From Eledone cirrhosa (taxonomy: Eukaryota), in assembly GCA_964016885.1 (NCBI GenBank), contig CAXHJY010000265.1, positions 1-31,075 on the forward strand: a DNA stretch of 31,075 nt. The letters are read 5' to 3'. The notes beneath the pieces were generated by a model. That model had not been told where the DNA came from. It saw only the letters and a list, made by a program, of their open reading frames with translations, and searched no databases. Made by a program: the position numbers and the translations under genes. This document shows positions 11,915 to 27,513 of the stretch, piece by piece (position 1 is the first letter of the stretch; each line of letters begins with the position of its first letter).

Positions 11915-12770
11915 TCTATATATATAAAACTGTGGTTGTCTGTCTGTCTATCGATTTTTGGCACACATCTCCTCTTAGAATCTCTCACGGAATTGCACCG
12001 AAATTGCTATACTTGTACATTGAGCCCTAGCGAAGACATCGGAAAAAAATAATTTCAAATTGACCTACCCTATGTGACGAAATCGAATATAATGTATCGA
12101 TTTTTGAGCGTAAGTGATCAGTTATTTCCCTTTGTTCTGTTTACATTGAGCGTCTTACGTAAAAAATTACGCTGGCTTTCTCAGCGTTTAAAATGACATT
12201 AACACAATACACGAAGCTTCCGTTTTGCTTCATTTCCATTTAAAAGCATTTTAAAACAATATTTTTACTTGAAAACAAGTCTATTTAAAGACTACGTAAA
12301 ACAAGCAAATATTTCGTCGTTAGGCGTGCAGACAGACAGTCGTGCAGACAGACAGTCGTGCAGAGAGGTGATACAGGCGTGCAGACAGACAGTCGTGCAG
12401 AGAGGTGATATAGGCGTGCAGACAGACAGTCGTGCAGAGAGGTGATATAGGCGTGCAGACAGACATAACTGATAATTTGGTTACGCTAATGTTTTTCTCT
12501 GCGTTGCAGTGTTTACATTTTCGATCTTTGTTAATAAATAACCAGTGCAGTTTCTATCCCCAGCATCCTCTTTTGTTATAACATTCGGGTTATCGTTATG
12601 TTTTCTTAACTTCATAAGGCATATTGTTGGTTGAGGGAATATTAATCAAAAACACCACATGCAAGTCTGCACAGTAGACACTACAGTTTTTAAGCCAAGA
12701 AAGAAACTTAACATTGTAACTTTAACACAGCTACTGAGCGACCCCGAGCAACGCCGGGCTTTACTGCTAG
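11915..12770 (+). mobile_element. Non-autonomous Helitron inserted in a SINE tail
   Basis: A|TCTATATATATAAAA ... CCCCGAGCAACGCCGGGCTTTACTGCTAG|T; internal tandem repeat AGGCGTGCAGACAGACAGTCGTGCAGAGAGGTGATAT at 12322-12465. Confidence 0.85.
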
Positions 12771-13306
12771 TTAATGATAATTACGAGTTTCCTTGGTGCC
12801 AGATAAAAAACTGGGAAACAAAATAAAATAGAATACGCATGCATGTTCTTTTCGTTATCTAATTATATGAAATAATATTAATTACAAATGATAACTAGCT
12901 TTAATTGACTTTCCTACATTGAGGCATACACTTAGGAAGGGCATATTAGAGAAACTACACATGTTGATTACAAGAAATAAACGAAAAGTTACATATACTG
13001 AATTGAAAATAAAGCTACAGCTAGCCAAATCGTTAGTGTCGATCCAGTGGGAGAAGTATCGAATTTTCGATATTTGCATTGATTTACTGCATATCGGATG
13101 CAGTAACAAGGGTTTTCACTCAGTGTCTGGATTATGGCCTTCATGCTATCAACAATTCGAATAATAGGTATCTAATTATTTATGGCCAAGGCATAGTCAT
13201 GCAAAGTAGAGTATGCTATTGCCGTTAGTAAAGTTCCAGAGAGCAAGGCTAACACACTTTCAAAGACAACGATTCTATCAGGCTATATTCAGGTTCCAGG
13301 ACAGAT

Positions 13307-14100
13307 GCGGATGGCAGTATCGGTAGAGGGTCTGACGCCATGCTTTGCAGCAAAGAGTTCAAATCCCGCCGAGGTTAACTTTGCCTTTCATCCTTACGGG
13401 GTCGATAAAATGAAGTACCAGTCACGCACTGGGGTCGATTTAATCGACTTTCCCCCCAAAAAAATTGCTGGCCTTGTGCCTATATATGAAATCATTATTG
13501 TGGATTGGCAAAATCAGTAGAGCGTCAGACAACATGCTTTGGTCTGAGTTCAAATCCCGCCGAGGTTAACTTTGCTTTTCATCCTTACGGGGTCGATAAA
13601 ATAAAGCACCAGTAACGCGCTGGGATCGATTTAATCGACTTTACCCTTCCCCCAAATTACTGGCTTTGTGCCTATACTAGAAATTATTACTAGGGTGGTG
13701 GATTGGCAGTATCAGTAGAGCGTCGAGCACCCTGCATCGCAGCATATAGTTATGGCCCTTTACGTTCTGAGTTCAAATCCCGCAGAGGTTAGTTTTACCT
13801 TTCATCCATACGGGGTCGATAAAATAAAGTACAAGTAACTCACTGGGTGGAATTAATCGACTTTCCCTCTCCAAAAAGTATTGGCCTCGTACCTAAATCA
13901 AAAACCAAAGACAATGGATTGGCAGTATCAGTAGAGAGTCGGTCAACATGCTTTACAGCATAGTTAGGGCCCTTTACGTTCTGAATTCAAATCCTGCTGA
14001 GGTTAATTTTACCTTTCATCCTTACGGGGTCGATAAAATAGAATACCAGTAACGCACTGGGTCGATTTAATCAATTTTCTCCTTTCCTTAAAAATTATTA
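13307..14100 (+). mobile_element. Head-to-tail array of four Deu/Nin-type SINEs
   Basis: Units at ~13307-13498, 13499-13690, 13694-13906 and 13915-14100, each with A-box, B-box and core. Confidence 0.85.
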
Positions 14101-14453
14101 TAGGCTGTGACTGCACAACCAGTAAGCATTTTGATATTTTACAGTCAACTGATCCTGTTGGTTTAGCTTGGGGACGCTGAATCGCATTTACTGTAAATGT
14201 CTTTAGTTCTGTCCTTACGGCCATCATAATTTATGTGTCCTCAAGGAGGGTTTGTAATTATGACTATAAATAGGTTATGGGTCACTACTACGTAGCTACA
14301 AATTTCGACCAGCTGAAGATTAGTAAGCCATTTCTCAAACAAGAAATGTTATCTCATATCAATGTTTACAGGAGATAGTGACATATCTTTTTCATGAAGC
14401 AAATTGATCCATATCACATAAACTCAATTAACTAGATATACAATTTCTACATA

Positions 14454-14913
14454 AGAGGGTCGGCTGAAAAGATCATAGTCTGACTATAAAGGAGTGATGC
14501 TAGCGCTGTGAAATCTTGCATACAACTCTTATTATTAATAACTGCATACGCTTAATAAGGGCGGTGAATTGGCAGTATCGGTAGAGGGTTGGACGCCATG
14601 CTTTCTAGCATAGGTACGTCCCTTTACAGTCTGAGTTCAAATCCCGCCAAAGTTAATTTTGCCTTTCATCCTCACGGGGTCGATAACATAAAGTACCAGT
14701 AATGTACTGGGTAATTGCTGGCCTTGTGCCAAAAGTAGAAACAATTATTAATAACTGCATGCACTGGGATAATTGCTGGCCTTTTGCCAAAAATAGAAAC
14801 AATTATTAATAACTACATTGTTTCCTTCTAGGGACTATATTGAAAAATAAACCTCATTTGGTCATCCCATGAGAGTATCTTGGTCAGCCTATGAACTATT
14901 CAGCCGACTATCG
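14454..14913. mobile_element. mariner-type MITE with a nested SINE
   Basis: ~31-bp TIRs AGAGGGTCGGCTGAAAAGATCATAGTCTGAC / GTCAGCCTATGAACTATTCAGCCGACTATCG, TA on both sides. Confidence 0.75.
14559..14810 (+). mobile_element. Deu/Nin-type SINE with duplicated tail
   Basis: GGCGGTGAATTGGCAGTATCGG head, B-box and core; tail repeated at 14705-14760 and 14762-14818. Confidence 0.8.
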
Positions 14914-15029
14914 TATATAAATTCACTTATCTAACCGGATATATTAAGGATTGAGGAAACAATGACTCAGTTAAATATTTCAGATATTACGACGAAGGCT
15001 TGCTAATCATTAGAAAACTATGTTGGACT

Positions 15030-15257
15030 TCCATCGGTTCTAACGAGGAGTGTTCCTCTTGTTCAAACAACAGAACAGCCTACTCCTGCATAGTTCTCTG
15101 GGAGATCCAAGGTGACAAAATCTGTGACAACACTAGCTCTTTGAATTATAGGTGCAACCCATGTAACCATTTGCAATAAGGAAAAGAGCTGCCCGGATCG
15201 AAGTCACGAACTTATGATCAAGAGCCGAACACACTAACCACTAAGCCATGCGCCTTT
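15030..15257 (-). mobile_element. tRNA-derived SINE (second family), internally deleted
   Basis: Minus-strand head AGGCGCATGGCTTAGTGGTTAGTGTGTTCGG...GTTCG; 3' part similar to 30305-30500. Confidence 0.65.
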
Positions 15258-15396
15258 ACACAGGAACAACAGGGAATGTGAGAGTTGATTATTTCACGTC
15301 TGATTAAATTTGATATTAAAACAATTGATCATCATTGCTTATATTGCTTATTACATCTAATATCTAATAATATTAATTATAATTAATATCGTTATC

Positions 15397-15690
15397 TGCG
15401 GTGGTAAACCCCTTGTCTGGGATGCCACATGCAGAGACACATTCTCCAGCGGCAACCTGGTGCAGTCTGAGACTAACCCAAGCTCTGCTGCACTTCAGGC
15501 TGAGGAGGGTAAACTCTCTAAGTATCGGTCGCTCTCCGACAGGTTTGCAGTAGTGGAGACTTCTGGAGTCCTAGGGCTACCTCCATACACACCACCATAG
15601 GCATTGAGCTGGCTAGACGCAGGTGTGGGCCTCGTGAGATGCAATGGCCCTTCCAGCGCATCTCCCTTACCATCCCCCGGGGAAACGAGA
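15397..15690 (+). pseudogene. CRE-clade non-LTR retrotransposon fragment (restriction-like endonuclease domain, C-terminus)
   Basis: GGKPLVWDATCRDTF...AALQAEEGKLSKYRSLSDRFAVVETSGVLG /frameshift/ ELARRR..PREMQWPFQRISLTIPRGN matches the WDxTCxDT..KxxKY..ETxG..QRISxxIxRGN pattern. Confidence 0.8.
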
Positions 15691-15989
15691 GAGATGGGGA
15701 CAATGGCAGTGGGAGTTCGGCTCCTCTTTGTTCGGACCTGGTATACGTGTTGTGTATGTTTACATCTATTTTTATGTGTGGCATGTTGTTCAGCATGAAC
15801 AACCATACAAACTGGGAAATTTGCCTTTTGATAAATTTATGCTTTGCATAAGAGAAACCATGGTTATCATATAAATAAATATAATATGCTAACTGAGCAT
15901 ATTGAGAGAGTATAAAGGGATAACGATATTAGATGTACTTAATATTAATAGACATTACCTGATATCGAACTAAATATATTAGATATAAT

Positions 15990-16205
15990 GGTTTCTGATT
16001 TAAGCACAAAGCCAACAATTTTAGGGACAGGAAAAGTCTATTAAATTCATCACAGTGCATTACTGGTCCTTTATTTTATCAACCTCATAAGGATGAAAGG
16101 CAAAGCTAACCCCGGCAGAATGTGGACTCAGAACGTAAAGGGACGTAACTATATACCACAAAGTATGTTGTCCGACGCTCCTCCGATACTGTCAGTCCAC
16201 CACCC
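15990..16205 (-). mobile_element. Deu/Nin-type SINE
   Basis: TTTATTTTATCAACCTCATAAGGATGAAAGGCAAAG reverse core. Confidence 0.75.
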
Positions 16206-16239
16206 TAATATATCAGATATAAGGCAATACACAATGGTG

Positions 16240-16395
16240 AAGGCGGTAAATTGGGAGAATCGATATGACGTCGGATTAAAATACCTCGGTATTTATTCCG
16301 TTTCAGAGCGCTCTCAGTTCAAACCTTGCCGAAGTCAGCTTTGCTTTCTTTAATTTCGAGGTCGACAAATAAAGTCGCAGTCCAATATTGGAGGT
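16240..16395 (+). mobile_element. Degenerate Deu/Nin-type SINE
   Basis: AGGCGGTAAATTGGGAGAATCG head, CAGTTCAAACC B-box, TTCGAGGTCGACAAATAAAG. Confidence 0.65.
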
Positions 16396-16418
16396 GGTGT
16401 CTCTCTCTCTCTCTCTAA

Positions 16419-16482
<64 letters not shown>

Positions 16483-16530
16483 ATGAAATGACAGGAGGCT
16501 GAACTTGTGTAAATCCTTGAAAGGTTTATT

Positions 16531-16588
16531 ATACTATGATCATTTCAATGACCGGGTTCCGTATGAATCCGGTGATATCATCAGGTAT
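16531..16588 (-). ncRNA. Type I hammerhead ribozyme (family A, inverted copy)
   Basis: Reverse complement of 16720-16777. Confidence 0.75.
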
Positions 16589-16719
16589 TCGAAATATAAT
16601 AAGTGAATGTAATAGAGGGCGACCGGCAAAGGTGGACGATGCTAGATGGCGGTCGTCCTCCGGTCTTTGATTTTCAACCCCATGGATTTTATCTATTACA
16701 TTCACTTATTATATTTCGA

Positions 16720-16777
16720 ATACCTGATGATATCACCGGATTCATACGGAACCCGGTCATTGAAATGATCATAGTAT
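16720..16777 (+). ncRNA. Type I hammerhead ribozyme (family A)
   Basis: ATAC-CTGATGA-stem II (ACCGG/CCGGT)-GAAA-T GATC A-TA-GTAT; palindromic loop 3; AATAAA at 16778. Confidence 0.75.
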
Positions 16778-17899
16778 AATAAACCTTTCAAGGATTTACA
16801 CCAGTCCAGTCTCCTGTTATTTCATTATAATATTTAACTCCGTACTAGCACCACCAACTACAAAAACAAAGACGGTTGAACTGCTTTACGTTGAGTACTC
16901 TCCATATTATTACATCAAGATTGACCATACGGAATTGACCAGCTCTATCCAGTGGTGAACCTCAAACCTGAATATATATATATATTTATATCGAAGAAGA
17001 AGAAAAAAACGACTGTATTCCGACCTGGAGAGTGGAGAGGGATAGGCTCCACCTGGTTAAAAATATCCAAGACATAGCATGTGTCGTGATGGTGCCCCTA
17101 CGACTCCACCTAGAGTTATGGGCCATATACGCAATTAAGAAAAATTGTTTCTAATATTATCTATTATTCCTTAATATCGCTATCACGATATAAAGTGATA
17201 TCTGGTGATAATATATCTGCTGACATTTACCCATAAATTAAAAATTGTTCAGACGTTACTTCAAGTTTCCATCTCAGCCTGTTGGTGACCTGCTAACTTT
17301 TACACTTTCACAGAAGACTCATGGAAATCAGGACAGATATTCTAGTTAAAATTTATATCTCTGTATTTGTATAGTGTGAAATTCCAAAGACACAGTCACA
17401 ATACAAGCATACATCAATCTGATGCTAAATAGTTGTTTATATTTCATTCTACACCACCATTATGTAACTGTTATATTAAAATTGTTGTACATGCTGGCAA
17501 AACCGTCTGTCACACTGAAATGGGGGTGGCGAATGAGTGTGTACGAGAGAGAAAGGAAGAGAATGGTGGTGGTGGTGGTAACAACGCCCGAATTATTTTT
17601 AGTCGCACACTCTTAGAAACCTTTGTGGAAATTGATGTGTGTCTGTGAGTGAAAGAGAGAAAAAACTGTAACAAGTCTCTATGGAAAGGGTATAGTTATA
17701 TTGTATATACAAAATATTTTTAATCCCTAACAATTATAACATTTGTATATAAGAGCAAAAATGAAGGGTTCATTCTACTGACATGGCTATAAAATTGAGG
17801 CTTGTTTGCATAATTGCAAACGAATCGAATGTTATTATTAATATTCGAAAAACTCAGATTACATTTATTGAATTTAGCCATCATGTAGAGCGAAAATTT

Positions 17900-17944
<45 letters not shown>

Positions 17945-17948
<4 letters not shown>

Positions 17949-18033
17949 GAGGTTGTATTTAATTTGTTGGGATTCAACAAGCTTAAACATTTTTATAAAT
18001 GATATAAAGCACTCAACATTTCCATTTATTAAT
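17945..18033 (-). mobile_element. Very short family F insertion (tail + ~15-bp inverted tip)
   Basis: Tail homologous to 22035-22105 and to the reverse complement of 25275-25338, joined to TTTCCATTTATTAAT; (TA)n on both sides. Confidence 0.65.
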
Positions 18034-18054
18034 ATATATATATATATATATATA

Positions 18055-18266
18055 TTTAGGTTTGTTGGTTCACCACCGGATAGAATTGGTCATTCCGTAT
18101 GGTTAATCTTGATGTAATATTATGGAGAGTACTCAACGTTCAGCCGTTTTCGTTTGTGTAGTTGGTGGTGCTCATACGGAGTTAATTATTATAAATAAAA
18201 TAACAGGAGGCTGGACTGATGTAAATCCTTACACCAGTCCAGCCTCCTGTTATTTTATTTATAATT
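18055..18266 (-). mobile_element. Family A element, short-hairpin form
   Basis: Reverse complement of the 16830-16972 tail plus IR 18188-18223 / 18229-18265. Confidence 0.75.
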
Positions 18267-18348
18267 ATATATATATATATATATATATACACAGTTCAAG
18301 AGTAACCAATTTTAAAGAGAGAGATGGAGATAGGAGAGGAGAGATTGG

Positions 18349-18423
<75 letters not shown>

Positions 18424-18461
18424 TTGAATATATGTATATATGTGTGTATATACATACACGT

Positions 18462-18725
18462 GGAGGCATGTGGCCTAGCGGTAAGAGTGTTGGACTTACG
18501 TTCATAATGTCGTGGGTTTGATTCCTGGGCTGCATGTTGTGTTCTTGAGCAAAACACTTCATTTCACGTAGCTCCAGTAAACTCAGCTGGAAATGAGTAC
18601 CAGCAATAGCTGGAGGTTTAACCCTGCGATGGACTGACATCCTGTCCAGGGGGGAGTCTTGTACTCTAAGTCGCTTCACGCCATGAAACCGGGATAAGCA
18701 CCGGCCAAATGACCCTTTTCGCTTA
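18462..18725 (+). mobile_element. tRNA-derived SINE with CORE-like domain
   Basis: TGGCCTAGCGGTAAG A-box, GGTTTGATTCC B-box, TTGTGTTCTTGAGCAAAACACTT, CCCTGCGATGGACTGACATCCTGTCCAGGGG. Confidence 0.8.
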
Positions 18726-18749
18726 AGACAGACTTTAGATATACATACA

Positions 18750-18814
<65 letters not shown>

Positions 18815-19212
18815 TAAATACTACATTTAAAATGTTATATTGATTTTTAATACTTGTTGGGTTACTATTTTACCTATAGGATCACCATACTTTACCTGTA
18901 AGTTCACTTTGTTTTATCCATAGGGTCACTATTATTCACCTATATAATAAGTTTCAACTATAGGTTCACTAACTTTCCTCTATTGCGCCACTATGTTTTA
19001 TAAATCAATTCCTCATGTTTTATCAATAAAGTCATTGCGTTTCGTCTAACAATCATTGATGAACCGAGAATTTGTTTATATACGAAGATCGATAGAAAAC
19101 CAACCTGCTGGTATATAAATAATTACGCACTTTCTATGTTCTGAGTTGAAGTCCCAATCACGAGGCCGACTTTGCTTTTCATCCCGAAAAAGTTAGAAAT
19201 CTAGTATATTTG

Positions 19213-19329
<117 letters not shown>

Positions 19330-19804
19330 TAAAGAAAAACAATCACAGAAATATAAAAAAAATTATTGTCAACTAAATTTTCTTTCGAACAGCTACGTCC
19401 AAGACACCAACACCAACGCGAACAATAACATCAACCTGCCACCACAATAAATAACGCAATCACCACTGACACAAAATACCATATCTCCCTTCTCCCCCAA
19501 ATAGAGCTAACAGTTATAGCGGCATTTACATTTATGGTGCCGAACAATGCTCCCATTTGTAATCTCCCACCAAGCTTCTTACTCCAGCAGGGAGTTTCCT
19601 GTGGTAACAGGTGTAAGAAGGGTTAGAATTGTTCAGGATGCAGTAGTTTTCACCATCTGTTATGCATTAGCCTGAGCCGATGAGCCTCAACTGCATTCCC
19701 AACGTGGAGATGTAACAGCTGCCTATTCCTCTCACGTGAACAACAAGTTGTCAACCACGGCAGCCCCCAAAGAAACAGTGAGAGCCTGTTGACCGTGATA
19801 ATTG

Positions 19805-20020
19805 ATTTTCTATTTAAACACAAGGCCAGCAAATTTGGAGAAGAGCATAGTTGATTAAATCAACCTCAGTACATAACTGGGACTTTATTTTATCATCTCT
19901 GGAAGGATGAAAGGCAAAGTCAACCTCGGTGGGATTTTAATGTAGAATGTAAAGAACCAGAACAAATGCGGCAGTGACATTTCATCCAACGCTCTATCAA
20001 TTCTGCCAACCCACCAGCCT
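19805..20020 (-). mobile_element. Deu/Nin-type SINE
   Basis: GAAGGATGAAAGGCAAAGTCAACCTCGGTGGGATTT ... TTCTGCCAACCCACCAGCCT. Confidence 0.8.
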
Positions 20021-20189
20021 ATAATTGACCTTGATAATTAACAGCAGACATTAATCACTTTACAAACACCAACGCTAAATATACAACCGAATCCGAAACT
20101 AAACCACAACAGAATAAACCACTAAAACAATCAATCATTAAGATCATTATTTTACTGGTTTCAGCCATTGGACAGCGGTTATGCTAGTA

Positions 20190-20450
20190 AAGACGTGTGG
20201 CTTTGTGTTAAGAGCATTCGATTCACGATCATAAAGTCGTGAGTTCGGCTCCAGGTGGTGTGTTGTGTCCTTGAGCAAGTCACTTTAACTCACGTTGTTT
20301 CAGTCCAGTCAGCTGGAAAATACCAGCTGTATCTGTAAATCAAATAACGTTGAATCTTCCTGAGATCTATGTTCAGGGTACGTGTGTCTGGAATGTAAGA
20401 TCACTCTGGAGATATGGTCAATGGTGGGCCTAGAAACCTTAGGTAGAACT
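20190..20450 (+). mobile_element. tRNA-derived SINE with CORE-like domain
   Basis: GTGGCTTTGTGTTAAGAGC head, GTGAGTTCGGCTCC, TTGTGTCCTTGAGCAAGTCACTTT. Confidence 0.7.
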
Positions 20451-20508
20451 TTTGTTCCGTGTATGAACATAAATAGTATAATATAATATAATATAATATA
20501 ATATTATA

Positions 20509-20578
<70 letters not shown>

Positions 20579-20737
20579 GGTGTATGTATGTATATATATT
20601 CATGTATATATGTATGCATATATATGAGAATATATGTAATATATATCTATATATATGTGTGTGCGTGTTTATATAGTAATGTATATGTATATACGTATAT
20701 ATATATATGTATATAGATGTGTACATATACGCATATG

Positions 20738-21327
20738 CAAAACTGCGATTTGTTGATGACATTGACTTGTTAGGAATCACTGAAGCGGATCTCCATGAGC
20801 TCACTGCCAGACTTTAAAAATACAGAAACATATGGAATAGAGATCAGCTCAGCAAGAGTAATATTCTGGTTAACAGTAATAATCAGAATACAGCAACCAA
20901 CATTATGCTGAACGGAAGAAGACTTGAAGAAGTAAACACCTTTGAAGTACCTAGGATTCACTCTGACCAAGGATAGCATATCTCAAAAGGAGATGCTGTC
21001 AAGATTCGCACTGGCAACGTCTGCCATGGTAAAGCTGAATGTCATATGGAAAAGCTACACCATCAGTTTTCCAGTGAAGCTCAAACTATACAAGTCCTTA
21101 GTGACGTCGATCCTTTTGTATGAGTGTGAGATTCGGACTCTCACAGCTGACATGGAACGAATAATCCAGTCATTTGAACACAAGTGCTTCAGAAGGTTGC
21201 TACACATCCCATATATGGAGCACAAAACAAACAAATTTATCAGATAGAAAGTTAACAAATATGCTGGCAGAGAGGAACCACTCCTTGCGATAGTGAAAAA
21301 AGGGAAGCTTGCCTGGTATGGCCATAT
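20738..21327 (+). pseudogene. RTE-clade LINE reverse transcriptase fragment (degenerate)
   Basis: [10 protein letters not shown] (catalytic xxDD motif), then KYLG, LYKSLVTSILLYECE, FEHKCFRRLLHIPYMEHKTN, KLAWYGH, with frameshifts and stops. Confidence 0.9.
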
Positions 21328-21378
21328 ATTCCTCTACTCTTCTACGCAGGAGAATAGCGACTAATGGCGGCGACTGAC

Positions 21379-21445
21379 TGCCTCTCCTTTGTTCTGTCCT
21401 ACGCCATTTTTCAAAAATGGCGTAGGACAGAACAAAGGAGAGGCA
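21379..21445. repeat. Perfect 33-bp-arm palindrome
   Basis: TGCCTCTCCTTTGTTCTGTCCTACGCCATTTTT-C-AAAAATGGCGTAGGACAGAACAAAGGAGAGGCA. Confidence 0.95.
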
Positions 21446-21468
21446 CAGAAACAAAGAAAGGAATCCCC

Positions 21469-21513
21469 AGTCACTGAAGAGGTCACAGAGTGTGTGACGA
21501 AAGAACTATGACT
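21469..21513 (+). ncRNA. Minimal type I hammerhead ribozyme (family G)
   Basis: AGTCA-CTGAAGA-G-GTCACA gagtg TGTGAC-GAAA-GAAC-TA-TGACT. Confidence 0.75.
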
Positions 21514-21651
21514 ATATATAAACAACTATCTGGTTGTGGAACCAACCAACCAACCAGAAATTTATAAATTTATAAATATATAATAAATTGAAGTGAAAGT
21601 AAATGGTGCGTGTGTTTCTTATTGGCAACATGACCTTCCCAAAGTATAACA

Positions 21652-22033
<382 letters not shown>

Positions 22034-22165
22034 ATGGAAAGTTATATTTAAATTGTTGGGTTAACAACGAGTAAATATTTATAACTGATATAAAAGCACT
22101 CAACAAGTATTTGGAGTATATTTATGATATTAAATAAATGGAAACTATATTTATAAAACCATATT

Positions 22166-22231
22166 TATTTCGTTATATATATTTCAGCGATATCATATTA
22201 ACAATATGTTATGCCATCTTCAGACAAAATA
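22166..22231 (-). ncRNA. Type I hammerhead ribozyme (family F)
   Basis: Reverse complement of 22374-22439 with one substitution in stem II. Confidence 0.75.
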
Positions 22232-22373
22232 CAATATAAACAGTCTTATAAATAAATAGATACGACATACCTTTCAATCACCTTGCATTTGTGAGACTGC
22301 CAAATCAACCTCACAAATGCAAGGTGATTGAAAGGTATGTCGTATCTATTTATTTATAAGACTGTTTATATTG

Positions 22374-22439
22374 TATTTTGTCTGAAGATGGCATAACATA
22401 TTGTTAATATGATATCCCTGAAATATATATAACGAAATA
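22374..22439 (+). ncRNA. Type I hammerhead ribozyme (family F)
   Basis: TATTTTGT-CTGAAGA-stem II (CATATT/AATATG)-GAAA-T ATAT A-TA-ACGAAATA. Confidence 0.75.
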
Positions 22440-22479
22440 AATATGGTTTTATAAATATAGTTTCCATTTATTTAATATC

Positions 22480-25338
<2,859 letters not shown>

Positions 25339-25628
25339 TATATATATATATATATATATATAATTATGATTCCTAGATGTGTCGATAATATTTTTAGTAA
25401 TTAAAATAGACCAACAATGGAATGCTGTGAAGAATGTTCTAACCATATTTCAAAACAATCATTCACTATATTGTGGCTGTTATCTTTACGAGTTCTCTCT
25501 TGGAGACGAAGGCTCCAGAGGGTTAGATATATGTTTGTGTAAATGTATGTAGTAGTGGGCGTGGTTGAGAGAGAGAGAGTGAGACAAAGTGAGATAGATA
25601 GATAGACAGTTAGAGATAAAAAGAGAGC

Positions 25629-25661
<33 letters not shown>

Positions 25662-25846
25662 GGGGGAGAAAGGTGGTGGTGGTAGAGTCAAAGACAATGT
25701 GTAGGATCTCCAGTACGGATAAACACAGTGACATCTGTTGAAAAGTTTGTTTATATAAAAGTATTACGATATAAAATCTGATTTTCCTAACTACTTAACA
25801 ATATTCTGCATATCCGCAATTGGCAATGCTGAATCCGGTATTGCAA

Positions 25847-26281
<435 letters not shown>

Positions 26282-26551
26282 AACGGAAAATATGAAACGA
26301 AATTTCATTTCCCACTCTTAGTACAGCTGTTACTTAAATATAAGTATGTACACCTACATATATATATGTATACAGACGTACAGTAGTATGTATATATATA
26401 TATATATACATACATACACACATATATATATGTACGTATGGATTCACCGAACATTTATTATAGTGCTCGGTGTGTTTGTAAACAAACATCCCGTATTAAG
26501 CCGTAGTGTCTAGCAACCATCTTTGCTCATTTGTTCAACACTGACAAAGGA

Positions 26552-26594
26552 ACGCTGTACTAGTTTCAAGCTTATTAGCTATCGTCAGCAACGT
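26552..26594 (-). ncRNA. Minimal type I hammerhead ribozyme (family D)
   Basis: Reverse complement of the 9111-9153 motif. Confidence 0.85.
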
Positions 26595-27050
26595 ATACCT
26601 TCCTGCCAGATTGTTGAACGTATATACTTACCTTATGCATATTAACGGCTGAGTAGCCCAATTTGCATATCGAGTGGGTTAATCGGCCGGGTGCGCCGAA
26701 AACGATAAACGGAAAAAATGAAACGAAATTTCATTTCCCACTCTTAGTACGGCTGTTACTTAAATATAAGTATGTACACGTACATACATATATGTATACA
26801 GACGTACAGTAGTATGTATATATATATACATACATGCACACATATATATATGTACGTATGGATTCACCAAACATTTATTATAATGCTCGGTGTGTTTGTA
26901 AACAAACATCCCGTATTAAGCTGTAGTGTCTAGCAACAATCGTTTTCGGTGCACCCGGCCGATTAACCCACTCGATATGCAAATTGGGCTACTCAGCCGT
27001 TAATATGCATAAGGTAAGTATATACGTTCAACAATCTGTCAGGAAGGTAT

Positions 27051-27093
27051 ACGTTGCTGACGATAGCTAATAAGCTTGAAACTAGTACAGCGT
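27051..27093 (+). ncRNA. Minimal type I hammerhead ribozyme (family D)
   Basis: Identical to 9111-9153. Confidence 0.85.
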
Positions 27094-27470
27094 TCCTTTG
27101 TCAGTGTTGAACAAACGAGCAAAGATGGTTGCTAGACACTACGGCTTAATACGGGATGTTTGTTTACAAACACACCGAGCATTATAATAAATGTTCGGTG
27201 AATCCATACGTACATATATGTATGTGTGAATGTATGTATATATATATACATACTACTGTACGTCTGTATACATATATGTATGTACGTGTACATACTTATA
27301 TTTAAGTAACAGCCGTACGAAGAGTGGGAAATGAAATTTCGTTTCATTTTTTTCCGTTTATCGTTTTCGGTGCACCCGGCCGATTAACCCACTCGATATG
27401 CAAATTGGGCTACTCAGCCGTTAATATGCATAAGGTAAGTATATACGTTCAACAACTGACAGGAAGGTAT

Positions 27471-27513
27471 ACGTTGCTGACGATAGCTAATAAGCTTGAA
27501 ACTAGTACAGCGT
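27471..27513 (+). ncRNA. Minimal type I hammerhead ribozyme (family D)
   Basis: Identical motif exactly 420 nt downstream of the previous copy. Confidence 0.85.

Larger units (their letters stand above)
16479..16972 (+). mobile_element. Family A PLE-like element: inverted pLTR + direct pLTR + tail
   Basis: ~138-bp IR 16479-16616 / 16692-16829; HHR followed by AATAAA in each arm; tail 16830-16972; (TA)n flanks. Confidence 0.8.
22035..22482 (-). mobile_element. Family F PLE-like element: tail + 173-bp inverted repeat
   Basis: Arms 22123-22295 / 22310-22482 (~1 mismatch), one HHR per arm, (TA)n flanks. Confidence 0.85.

Noticed and set aside
12322-12465. Regular ~37-bp repeats resembling a CRISPR array
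   Set aside because: No unique spacers; tandem minisatellite inside a Helitron in eukaryotic DNA
14308-14350. CTGAAGA...GAAA motif
   Set aside because: No stem I, II or III pairing; chance match
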